A stretch of 64,000 bases of DNA. Source: Octopus vulgaris (Eukaryota). The notes under the pieces are model-generated. The model was not told the origin of the DNA. It saw nothing but the letters and a program-made list of their open reading frames with translations, and searched no databases. Position 1 is the first letter of the stretch. The number at the start of each line of letters is the position of its first letter. Both the position numbers and the translations under genes were made by a program. Positions 1-11,770 of the stretch are shown here, piece after piece. Where the stretch lies: contig OX597827.1 in assembly GCA_951406725.2 (NCBI GenBank), forward strand, positions 27,652,001 to 27,716,000, given 5' to 3'.

Positions 1-14
1 CAGCCTCTCCTGCG

Positions 15-58
<44 letters not shown>

Positions 59-80
59 CATACACACACACACTCACACA

Positions 81-174
<94 letters not shown>

Positions 175-614
175 CATGTGTGCAACGTAAATTTAGAAAA
201 AAAACCATTCGTTTCATATCTAGCGTGAACTAGACATATTTTCAGTTTCTCTAAACAGTAACATTTTTCTGCAAAGAATTCTTGCTTTTAAACACAAGAA
301 CGCCGGTCATAGTTCAAGAAATATTTCTCTTTAAAAATTATGGCCGGGCGAGTTGTCTTCCTTCGCTTGATAGCTAGGTTTTCCAATTTTGAAATAAAAA
401 CTTCCGAAAATATGGACAACTCGCCACGGCTTCTGTCCTAGTAGCCTCCTGGCTCATCTCAGTTCATGAGGATTATAATCTTTCTGCCAAACACAAATTA
501 CACAGTCTTGTTCTATTACGGTTGGGTCCACAAGCTTCCAATAATTTCCACCTGATGTTAAAGGGGGTAAGATATATATGTATGTATATATGTAGATGTA
601 TGTATACACACATG

Positions 615-671
<57 letters not shown>

Positions 672-673
<2 letters not shown>

Positions 674-1041
674 GGCCTGTAAGAAGTTTGTTTCCCAGTG
701 CCATGGTTCTGGGTTCAGTCCCGCTGCGTTGCACCTTGAGCAAGTATCTTCTACTACAGGACCAAACCTACAAAGACCTTGTGAGTGGATTTGGTTAACG
801 GAAACTAAAAGAAGCACGTTGTAAGTGTGTGCGTGCCTCTCTGTATTCGTTTGTGTCTGTGTTTCCCCTACGACCACCACTGCTTGACAACCATTGTTGC
901 TGTGTTTGAGTAGTTGTAACTTATCGATTCGGCAAAAGAGACTAACAGAATAAATCCCAGCTCGATTCGTTCGACTAACAATTCTTCCAAACGGTGCTCC
1001 AGCATGGTCGCAGTCGAAGACCGAAAAAAAACGATAAAAGA
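672..1041 (+). mobile_element. tRNA-derived SINE family A (octopus-type, internal microsatellite)
   Basis: gggttcagtcccgctgcgt B-box head; gtgagtggatttggt..ggaaact body; gtgctccagcatgg 3' part; matches many copies in the window. Confidence 0.85.
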
Positions 1042-1180
1042 CACATGTATATGGCCGTGGTGGTGGTGGTCATTGTGGTGATGTTGGTGATATAGGTCTA
1101 TATTTAAGAGATGAGGAATTATGTACATTATTTACATTATTTATATTTGACAGATATTTGTCCTCATCTTCTTTGTTGTT

Positions 1181-1226
1181 AACACAACGTTTCGGCTCAT
1201 ATACCCTCCAGCCTTCATCAGGTGTC
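1181..1226 (-). ncRNA. Minimal hammerhead ribozyme motif (PLE type)
   Basis: Minus strand: gacac CUGAUGA aggcu..agcc GAAAC GU U guguu; helix I gacac/guguu; helix III collapsed to palindromic ACGU. Confidence 0.65.
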
Positions 1227-1420
1227 TTGGGTGGTGGTGGTAGTAACAGTAGAAGTAGTAATTATGGTAGTAGTGATAGTTATGGTGGTAATAGTAATAA
1301 TAGTAGTAGTGGTGGTAATGATAGTGGTAATTGTGGCAATAGTGGGGTTAATGATGGGAACAGTAACGACAGAAATAGTAGTAACGATAATGAAAAAGAG
1401 AACCCTAGAAGTCCATTAAC

Positions 1421-3786
1421 ATGTATACCCACCCCTTTGACACTCAATTCTTCAACATATGTGACAAATCTTATAACATGAGCCGGATTTATCCAACAAC
1501 ATTACCCTTCAACAAAAGGGTCTACATCCCAAGACATACTAATGACCATATGGAAGCACAGTTCACTATAGTTAGGACCAGACATAGACAGATTTTAGAA
1601 CTATACACTAAGAGACAGAGACAGAATCAGACAGAGGCCCAACAACTCGGGATTAAACCCGCATGTGGCCTACGTAAACTCATTCAGCGCACGAGGAACA
1701 GAGAGGTGGTATGCCTTCCCACAGATAAATCCGGCAAGATGTCAATAGACAGCTTACCGAACTACATCCAGGCAATGCAACCTCATATCGCCAATATGAA
1801 AGTAACAACTTTACAGGCGCATGAAGAGAGAGAAAAGGTCCTCAACGCCCACATGATGATGTGGACAATTGTTCTGGGACCCCAGAAACGCACAGCCTAC
1901 AATTTCCAAGCCTGGAACAACGATATCCCGGCACTGTATGGACTTCGCAAGGACCATAAAGTAACCCCTAACCCTATAGCAGGACCACCAACAAGACCAG
2001 TCTGTGGAGCGAATATCGCTAGCAACTACAGAATCTCCTACTTCCTCTCAATGATCATACGCCCTATAATCCGGATGTCACCTGATGTTTGTGACAGCAT
2101 GGAAGATCTCCTCAGCAGGATCAATGACTGTAACAACACTTGCGACCTGACAGGATGTATGGTGGGTAGCATGGATGTGGTATCCCTATACCCATCGATC
2201 GATGTGGATTTTGCGGTGGAGGTGTGCGTGGAGATGATCAACGAGAGCAAGGTGGAGTTCTGCAATGTCAACGCAATGTCAACTGGGCCTCCTACTTAGA
2301 CTGACATGTGACAACGAATACCTAGATAAACATAATCTTAGTAGTTTTTGCCTCAGTAGATGTTTAAGAGATAGATCACCTACAATTACTTCTATGGCTA
2401 GGAAGACCCATCTAGAGAGATGGCGCGGATGAACCAGAGCCATACGGAGCCCCGCAAATGTCCATCAGGTAAAGAAAATGATCGCACATGCATTAGGAGC
2501 TAGTATAAGAGTTACCCTAAAAGGCCACACGTTTAAGTTTAACAATAAAATATATGCCCAGGACGAGGGGGCAGCCATCGGCGTTAGTATCGCTGGTGAT
2601 GTGGCCAACCTTTTCATGGTATGGTGGGACAGAAGGCTTAAAGAACGCCTAACATAGAACTCCATACTCGTGAACATGTACTCTCGCTATGTTGATGATA
2701 TCAACATGGTGGTAAAGGCACCCCCACAAGAGAGTACTGTTAAAATAGAAATAGAAACTAATACTATGGAGAGCATCCAGCAAATAGCTAACTCCATCCA
2801 CCAGAGTATTAAGGTCACAATAGACTACCCCACTAAACACCCCAACCATAGACTACCAGTACTAGACACAGAACTCTGGCTAGAAACTGTGAATAATAAA
2901 ACCCAAATCTTTCATTCGTACTATGCCAAACCTATGGTCTCCAAATACTTGATCCACCGGAACTCAGCCATTGCGGACAATGCCAAATTCAATATTTTGA
3001 TGGCAGACCTCGTCAGAATAATGCGAAATGTGTCCCGCATGTGCGAGCCTACAGAGTTAAAGAGACACATACAACATTTCATTCACCGCATGCAGTTCTC
3101 AAGTTACAGCCATAAAGAAAGGATCAGAGTATACTAAGGAGCCATGAAGAAATTTGATAATATATTATGTAATGATAGGAATGGGGTTTGCCCACTTTAA
3201 TGGAGCAAGTCATGGAACACTATAGTAAGGACAACGAAGAAAATAGGAAAGGCCAACTCTTGGTATGATAGCCATAAATACCAGAGTGTCATGTTCGTTG
3301 ACACCACCCCCAGAGGTGAAGTGGCGTACCGCTTTAGAAGGACCCTAGACAAACCCTATCAAATCCATAATCGGTAGAACCTACACTTATAGTAGAACCT
3401 CCTGTACGGATTGGTACTGTACTGTGTGTAAATTTAGCCCACAAACAAACTGTAAAGCCAGAAATGTAGTCTATAGTATAAGATGTATAGAGGGACGATG
3501 CAGTAACAAGACAACGACATACGTAGGGGAAACGGCACGAAGCATAGGAGAGCGGGCAAATGAGCTATGGAGAGAACTTAAGGAAGGAAAGAGCTCATCG
3601 ATTCTGTACCAACACGCCGAGCAGGAATACAGGGGATCAATCAACAACATAGAGGTTAAAATCTTGTCCACACATAGAACAGATGCAACAATCAGACAAA
3701 TTACGGAAGCTACACACATAATAGAAGATAAACCTAGCCTGAATAGGAAACTGGAATGGAACACTAGCACACGCCACAACATATGA
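1421..3786 (+). pseudogene. PLE reverse transcriptase + GIY-YIG endonuclease, disrupted
   Basis: Motifs PTDKSGK, LYGLRKDHK, GPPTRPVCGA, GSMDVVSLYPSID, YAQDEGAAIGVSIAGDVANLFM, YSRYVDDIN, LPVLD, YAKPM; Cys linker CTDWYCTVC..C; NVVYSIRC..YVGETARSIGER..RQITEA..LNRKLEW. Frameshift at a tandem gcaatgtcaac repeat (~2262-2283); stops TGA 2430, TAG 2655, TAA 3135. Confidence 0.93.
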
Positions 3787-3955
3787 CAGAAGAGGATTCC
3801 CATAAACTGGTTACAATATAAACAAAACCGAAAACATAATAAATAAAATACACAGATAAATAAACAAATAGAAATAAATAACTACATAGGTTTTTTTTTA
3901 AATTTGAAAGATTTAAAAAAACTTGTTTTAATTAAAAAAATTTTTTTTTTAAATG

Positions 3956-3986
<31 letters not shown>

Positions 3987-4291
3987 TACTAGTATTGTTG
4001 TTATACATACATAAAGCATACGTAATAATAATAATAATGATAATAATAATTATAAGTGGATGTAAACATGAACAAAATAAATAAAAAAAAGAATAAACAA
4101 AAATATATTACACGAACGTATATAAACAGAAGATACAAATATTACAGGCATTCCCCCCACATACATACACACTAACTTAACACAGACGCACATAGAGATA
4201 TACGCATGCGCAAATGAAGACACATACAATGGAAATACAAAATGGCTGACGGTTAGTAAGGAGAGACACAAATAAGAAAGAAGAAAGCAAA

Positions 4292-4336
4292 GGACCACTG
4301 ATGCGGTCACAGGAGTATGACGGAAGAACTCTGGCC
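4292..4336 (+). ncRNA. Decayed hammerhead motif in the PLE 3' region
   Basis: ggacca CUGAUGc g guca-caggagua-ugac gGAAg aacuc uggcc; helices I and II retained, core mutated. Confidence 0.4.
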
Positions 4337-4546
4337 GAAATAAGGTTAAGATTAATGCAAAAATTAAATAACGGTGAAGCAAAGTAACACCAAATATATA
4401 GTGCGTGTGTTTTTATTGGCTTAACTGGCAAAATGACCATTCCGAAATACAACAATGTCTGTTTCAACACACGACGTCACATAAAAAATCTTCCACAACA
4501 AATATATAAACGTAATTATTATTATTATTATCATTATTATTATTAT

Positions 4547-4623
4547 TCGAGTCACTGCTTGGAATCGAACTCGGAATTTTGGGGGTTAGTAGCCCGCGCT
4601 CTTAACCACTGCGCCATATGCCC
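4547..4623 (-). mobile_element. Short tRNA-like SINE monomer with (AAT)n tail
   Basis: Minus: gggcataTGGCGCAGTGGttaagagcgcgggctactaacccc..gaGTTCGATTCC; A and B boxes and an anticodon arm, but no acceptor stem; followed by (AAT)n. Confidence 0.7.
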
Positions 4624-5001
4624 GTGGGCATATGTACTCATACGTAAGTATATACATACATCAATCAAAATATAGATACACACATGCAGTGACATCTATA
4701 CATGCAGACAAACATCCACTTATACTTCCGTGTGCATATACATGTTTATATATACATATATACATACATGGCAAAATAGTTGGTATTATTTCAGTTTTAA
4801 GGAATTCTATATTCCTTTCTAGATTGGAATCTTCGGAATTAAAATTAGAAAACAATGTAACCATACACAAGATCATAGACATCTGCGAATACTCATGAAT
4901 ACGTAATTGTGTTGCCGTATGTATAAGAAGGACATATCTATATACCTATATATGCATAGACATCTAAGCATAAACATAAATGCATGTGTGTCTTTATATA
5001 T

Positions 5002-5328
5002 GTGAAGGCGCGTGGCTTAGTGGTTAGGACATTCGACTTAGGAGATTGTAAGGTCGTGAGTTCAATTCCCGGCGACGCGTTGTATCCTTGAGCAAGACAC
5101 TTTATTTCCCGTTGCTCCAGTCAACTCAGCTGGTAAAATGAGTAGTACCTGTATTTCAAAGGGCCAGCCTTGTCACACCGTGTGTCACGCTGAATCTCCC
5201 TGAGAACTACGTTAGGGGTACAAGTGTCTGTGGAATGCTCAGCCACTTGCGAACTAATTTCATGAGCAAGCTGTTTCTTTGATCGTATCAGCTGAGACCC
5301 TCGTCATCGTAACCGACGGAGCGCTCCT
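5002..5328 (+). mobile_element. tRNA-derived SINE family C (CORE-like middle)
   Basis: ggcgcgtggcttagtggtt A box, gagttcaattcc B box, tccttgagcaagacacttt CORE-like segment, tail ending cgtaaccgacggag. Confidence 0.85.
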
Positions 5329-5479
5329 TTTTAGGATATATATGTGTGTGTGCGTGTGTGTATGTATAGTAAATCACCCCAACAAAAAATCGAAGAACAA
5401 ACACAAGAGAAAAACAACAATTCGAGGACGTGGTACATGCAAGATATTTAGCAGACGCTCAGGGGAGTAAAGAAAGGTA

Positions 5480-5514
5480 GTCCAACGTTTCGAGCAAAAA
5501 TCTTCGTCAGAAAC
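5480..5514 (-). ncRNA. Minimal hammerhead motif in a TA-flanked repeat
   Basis: Minus: guuu CUGACGA agauuuuugcuc GAAAC GU U ggac; helix II decayed. Confidence 0.5.
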
Positions 5515-5584
5515 AGGAGACGGAGGAAAGTCGAAAAGAAAATGAAGACGGGGGGGAAGTCGCCGACATTCCACATGTGATTAA

Positions 5585-5686
<102 letters not shown>

Positions 5687-5734
5687 CATACATATCTATA
5701 TATATACATACATATATATATATACATACACATG

Positions 5735-5829
<95 letters not shown>

Positions 5830-6202
5830 TGTATATATAGAAACTGTTGATAAAGGCTGCGTGGCGTTCAATTATAAATAATTTAAAATACACATTAAGT
5901 ACAGGATATCACAAGCGAGTGAAAAATACGTACACACACGAGAGATAAGTACAGGACAAAATATGAAAGGAAGTCTAACTCCTTTTCAGTTGTCGAGGAG
6001 TTGTTTATTACTACTTATTTCGTGCTTTTAACAAGACAGGAAAACTTCATAGGACAGCAGCATCAATAAATTGAAACAATATAAAATGTATGGAGAGTCA
6101 GAGCTTCAAACGAAGAAACAACACCAGAGTGAACGTGTAGAGTATAGGTATATATCTATATAGATAGATCTATAGATAGATGGAAAACAGACAGACACAT
6201 AC

Positions 6203-6601
6203 TCTTTTACTATTTTACTTGTTTCAGTCATTTCACTGTGTCCATGCTGTAGCACCGCCTTTAGTCGAGCAAATCGACCCCAGGACTTATTCTTTGTAAG
6301 TCTAGTACTTATTCTATCGGTCCCTTTTGCCGAAACTCTAAGTTACGGGGACATAAACACACCAGCATCGGTTGTCGAGCAAAGCTGGTGGGACAAGCAC
6401 AGACGCACAAACATATATATATACACACACAGACACACACATATATATATACATATATACGACGGGCTTCTTTCAGTTTCCGTCTACCAAATCCACTCAC
6501 AAGGCTTTGGTCGGCCCGAGGCTATAGTAGAAGACACTTGCCCAAGCTGAACCCGGAGCCATGTGGTTGGTAAGCAAGCTATTTACCACCCAGCCACTCC
6601 T
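6203..6601 (-). mobile_element. SINE family A
   Basis: Near full-length reverse-complement copy with internal (TA)/(CA) tract. Confidence 0.9.
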
Positions 6602-6659
6602 ACATACAAACATACATACAAATATAGGTGTATATATATGTGTATATAAGATATATAAG

Positions 6660-6694
<35 letters not shown>

Positions 6695-7282
6695 TTGTGT
6701 GTGTGTATGTATGTTGTACAGGCGTGTACACATGCACTCACACACACACACACACATGAAACATAACTCCATAACTCATATGAGAATCGTTACAATGGAC
6801 GATTGACTATAATTAAGTTCGCTGTAAAGAGATCGAACTGTGATGTTACAACTCCCAATCACCCTATCACCCGTCCGGAATATGTCTCCATTCACACGGC
6901 GGGTGATCGATATCAATGCGTAAATGTTGGCTTGATTTATAACACCGTTCCTTGTGTAGTGCTACACAAAGACAGAATGAAATATACCCCGTGGCCGCCT
7001 TCATTGTTTCGTGACCCCCATCCATCGGCTCCTCATACAGAACAAAGCGGTAATCGTAAGAAAGCAATAACTGATAAATTGGAAATAATATTTTCATAAA
7101 ATTCTTCGTGATGTAATCAGCAGAATTAGCTGTGATATCGATCCACATTGCATATTCGGAAAGAAGAAAAAAAAACCTGTATAATATTGATTAAACGCCA
7201 AGTGTGTTAAGTCGGACAAGCAAAGACATATCCATCTCTAGCATTTCACCCAAAAGATCTAAAGAGTCTTTTATTGTTGTCG

Positions 7283-7328
<46 letters not shown>

Positions 7329-8049
7329 CGTTGTTTTGCTCTGTCATGAAGAATATATAGCCACGTTTTGGACATTGATAGAGTGATTAATTATTTCCTC
7401 TGCTCTTTTCATTGCCAAAGTATAAAAAAAATAACTCAAGTCAAAACCTCAAACTTTTCTATTTTCTATAAGAAACATTTCGAGGAAAAACAGACAAAGC
7501 AAAAAATCCAAAGAATTGTTTGTCCATCGACTGTTGCGTTCTCTTTTAGTAAAAGATCAAAATTGAATTCTTCCCCGACAATATGGTCACAAACATATTT
7601 TTCACCAGAAAGTTTGGATTTCAATCAATCATTATTGAGGTTACGATTGAAGAATTCTTTCTCAATGTCAGCCTATGCGTGTGTGTGTCTGCTGGATATT
7701 TCTTGGTGCGTCTGTCTGTTAATATCAACCGATTCTTTTGATGTATCGATAATGATTAATCGATAATCATTTAGTTACGTTCATAATTTTTCCCGACATC
7801 AGATTTTTGTTTTTCAAACGAACGACTTTAAAAATGGTTGTAAAAATCCCGCTGGAGAGAAAAATTCGATTCCATTTTCTTCTCGCAATTGGAGTTTTCA
7901 AACGTAACTAATAGCATAGAGAAATAGATAGAGATAGACAGATAGACATTCACATACACACACACACACGCGCGCGCACACGCACGCACACATATATGTA
8001 TATATATATAAATATGTGTGCATATAGATATTATATATATATGTATATG

Positions 8050-8128
<79 letters not shown>

Positions 8129-8135
8129 GAATATA

Positions 8136-8192
<57 letters not shown>

Positions 8193-8250
8193 TGAGATGT
8201 GGAAATATTTACAAATGGAAAAACTAATAATTTGTATATATGTTTATGTG

Positions 8251-8291
<41 letters not shown>

Positions 8292-8770
8292 GTGTGTGTG
8301 TGTCTCTGTATATGTATATATATATATTTGCACCTACAAATATACGCGTACATACATACGTACATCCACTGCACAAATGGACCATACATATAGATGCGCG
8401 CACGTACACATACACATACATATACACACACGCACATACACGCACACACAAACACAAAATAGTCACGAGATTAATTTTATATGAATTTTTAAAAAATAAT
8501 TACATCGACTCTGCATTTATATGTCGAATACTTTGCTTGAGAAACGGTTCTTCCTCCTCGTTTTCTCTTGAAACTGATACAGCACCAATTCCACAGACAT
8601 ACATAGATGAATACATACATACGTACATACATACATACTTATGTAAATATATTATACAAGTATATCGACACATGCTGTATATGAAACATAGTTTATACTA
8701 TGTCGTTAAGTTCATACCTCACACCTCAAAAGCCATCATCACCTAATTAAATGTGTGCGCGCGTATATAC

Positions 8771-8837
<67 letters not shown>

Positions 8838-8850
8838 TATATATATACGT

Positions 8851-9222
8851 AGGAGTAATTTGCTTACGAACCATATGGTTCCGGATTTAGTCCCACTGCA
8901 TGGCACCTTTGGCAAGTGTCTTCTACTATAAAGCTTTGTGAGTGGATTTGGTAGACGGAAACTGAAAGAAGCCCGCCATATATATGTGTATATATATATA
9001 TGTATATGTATATGTATATGTGTATATATGTTTATGTGCCTCTGTTCGTCCCCCACCATCGCTTGACAATCGATGTTGGTGTGTTTACGTCCCCGTAAAT
9101 TAGCGGTTCGGCAAAAGTGACCGATAGAATAAGTACTAGGCATACAAAGATTAAGTCCTGGGGTCGACCTGCTCCAGTGTGGCCACAGTCAAATGACTGA
9201 AACAAGTAAAATAGTAAAAGAG
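8851..9222 (+). mobile_element. SINE family A
   Basis: Head, body and gactgaaacaagtaaaa tail. Confidence 0.88.
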
Positions 9223-9869
9223 TATACATATACAAGATGGCGCCGAACTAACAACAAGTGTGTGTTAATGTGTCTCTCCTAAATTTTAAGTCCTTCAAGA
9301 GATCGATGTTATCAGAAGTGAAATTTGTCTGTAAAGCGAATATAAGTGAAAGTACGACAAGGCACTGTATTTGAGAAGAATATTTTCGCTTTTGATATAG
9401 TATTTGCAACTAGAACATACCTCGCGAGCACATGTGTTGAAAGCACGTGTGTTAGTTCCTGAAATCGAAGTGAATTTTTGTCTGTGAAACAACGACAAGA
9501 CAGTATTTTTGAGAAGCATATTTTCGCTTTTGGTGTCGTATATCTGCGTGTTTTGAAAGCCTCTGAAAAATTTGCTGCCTAATACCAAATTGCTTAAGAA
9601 AATATAGAAAGTATTGTTAATTTTTGCATCTACGAAATCGGAACGCTATTCTTTCCTTTCGTTTACAAAATACAAGTGAGGAATATCAAAGGTCTGTCTT
9701 AGTATCTATCTTCCTTTCTTATAAAACTGAGTGACGGTAAGTGTTCTCTCAGCCGGTAAGGTAAGGAAAAATATTATTTATTATTAATGTTCTCTCAACC
9801 AGAAGATAATAATTTAAAAAAAAGATATAAAAGATATATAAAATACGCGCTATTCTATCTTTAACGCGT

Positions 9870-10830
9870 TTGTTTACAGATTCGTCCTTCCTATCTGCCA
9901 CACTCTCTCTCTATCTCTTTCTTACATTTCTATTTCTATCTCTTTCATTTCTTACATTTCTATCTCTTACATTTCTATCGTTTTCTTACATTTTTATACC
10001 TTATCTGTCTCTCCATCCACCAGACCCTCTATTTCCGCTCTCTCTCTCCCCTCCTCTGTCTCTCTCTGCCATCGTTTCTCTTTCTGCATCTCTCTCTCAG
10101 ATCAACTTTTTCACATCTCACCCCCCTCTCAGTTCCTCTACTTCACTCATTCTCTCTCGTATCTATATACCGCCCTCTCTCTCTCTTTTTCTCTCTCTCT
10201 CTGTTACTCCCCCTCCCACTCTCTGCCTCTTTTCTCTCCGCTCCTTCACAGGTCAAACCCCTTTTCCTCTTCTCCTTCTGTCCCCTTATTTCTTTCTTTA
10301 CACCACCCTCCCTGTCCCTTTACTACACTCTCTTGCACCTCTGTCGCGCCCCCTCTTTCCCTCTCCTCCTTTTTCTTCCTACCTTTCCTCTCCCTACTCC
10401 CTCTAAGGCTCACCACTTGTCTCTTTTTTCCTCGTTCTGTCATCTTCCTCCACACCACCCTCTCTGTCCCTTTACTTTACTCTCTGGTACCTCTATCCCG
10501 CCCTCTCTCTCTCTCCCTCTCCATTTTATCTCTCCGCCTTTCTTCTCCCTGCTCCCCCTAGGGTCCATCCTCTTGTAACTCTTTTCCTTCCTGTCCCTTT
10601 ACTTTCTTTCTACTACACCTCTATCCCGCTCACTCTCCCCCTGCTGACCTGCCATTCTTTCTCTTTTTTCTCTTTTCTCTCTTTTTTTCTCTTTTTCTCT
10701 TTTTTTCTCTCTTCTCTCAGGACAATCCCCTCATCTCTCTCTCTATCCCCCCTGGCTTTTCTCCTTTCTCCTCTCCCTCTCCGGTCAACCATCTTATCTT
10801 TCCTTCTCTCTCTGTTCCTATATTTCACTC
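9870..10830. repeat. Pyrimidine-rich (CT) low-complexity tract, possibly part of the LINE 5' region
   Basis: About 1 kb of C/T-biased sequence directly upstream of the LINE ORF1. Confidence 0.7.
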
Positions 10831-10839
10831 TCACTGTAT

Positions 10840-11770
10840 CTCGGGCGAAAATGTCAAGAAACTGGTCGGCGAGGGAGTTGCAATTGTTCGTCCGCGCTTG
10901 GAAGATTGCCGAGGACGATTGCCGAACAATATCATTGCAGCGGCGCTGAAGAGCAATGATTTTTCAAGCACCACCGCCCAGATAGAGTGAAAGAAACGAG
11001 AATTTATCCGTTCATATGCTCTAATCAGGCAACATGTAGACACTCTGGACATCATCCTAGGAGGTAACGGCATCAGGGAAGGCCAAACGGATGAAGAAAA
11101 CATCCAGGACCCAACAAAAGACAAAACCGAGAAACCTAGAACACAGGGAAACAATGACACATGTCCAGCTCCCAACACCACAACTGAAGACCAAAGAGGT
11201 GCGATGGTTGCAAGAAAAGAAAAGCACCCCAAAATTGATGGGAAACAGGAGGTAAAAGGCAAGAAAATCAAAGCTAAAACAAACCCTGTCCAGAGAAAAC
11301 AAAAGGACCCCAGCAAGAACGATAAGGGCAAAGAAAGAAACATCTGCAAATTCTACCTGAAGGGGGACTGCTGGTACGGCGTCGAAGGTGCGAACTGTCA
11401 CTTTGCACATCAGAGGCCCTACCAAAACCGCACGGACGCGAGACAAGGGTCCCTCCCTTGAGGAGAACAAAATGAAAAAGAAAAAGAAAAATATAAAAGA
11501 AGGAAAAAAAGCGCACTGACCAGTCCTGAAAGACGATATGCGGATATGGTGCGCGGTAACCCAACAAATAGCCAGCTTCACCTAGATGTGAGAAGGGCAG
11601 CAGCTGAACAGCAATCTTTTTTGTGCATGGCACAAAAAATTGTTCAGCAGCTGAACTGGCTACAAGCACAAAGCTGGAACTACCACCACATAAGGCCACC
11701 ACCAACAGATGCAGGATGGCCACCACAGACACCAACACCAACACACACACCACAAAAATATTTCTACTGA
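10840..11770 (+). pseudogene. CR1-group LINE ORF1 remnant with CCCH zinc finger
   Basis: One frame runs from ~10844 with an in-frame TGA near 10988; K-rich linker then CKFYLKGDCWYGVEGANCHFAH; Pro/Gln-rich end overlapping ORF2. Confidence 0.7.

Larger units (their letters stand above)
1395..4400 (+). mobile_element. Penelope-like retroelement (PLE), decayed, Naiad-like; boundaries approximate
   Basis: RT followed by a C-terminal GIY-YIG endonuclease, then an A-rich 3' region containing a decayed hammerhead motif (4292-4336). Confidence 0.9.

Noticed and set aside
4314-4345. SECIS element (ATGA..AA..GA) in the PLE 3' region
   Set aside because: Spacing is far too short for SECIS helix II; overlaps a decayed hammerhead instead.
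4547-4623. Functional tRNA gene (ACT anticodon)
   Set aside because: No acceptor-stem pairing or T-run terminator; ends in (AAT)n like a SINE.
6309-6573. Recurrent peptides such as RRASFSFRLPNPLTRLWSARG and MLEHRLLVEQ
   Set aside because: Translations of SINE family A; recurrence reflects copy number, not a gene family.
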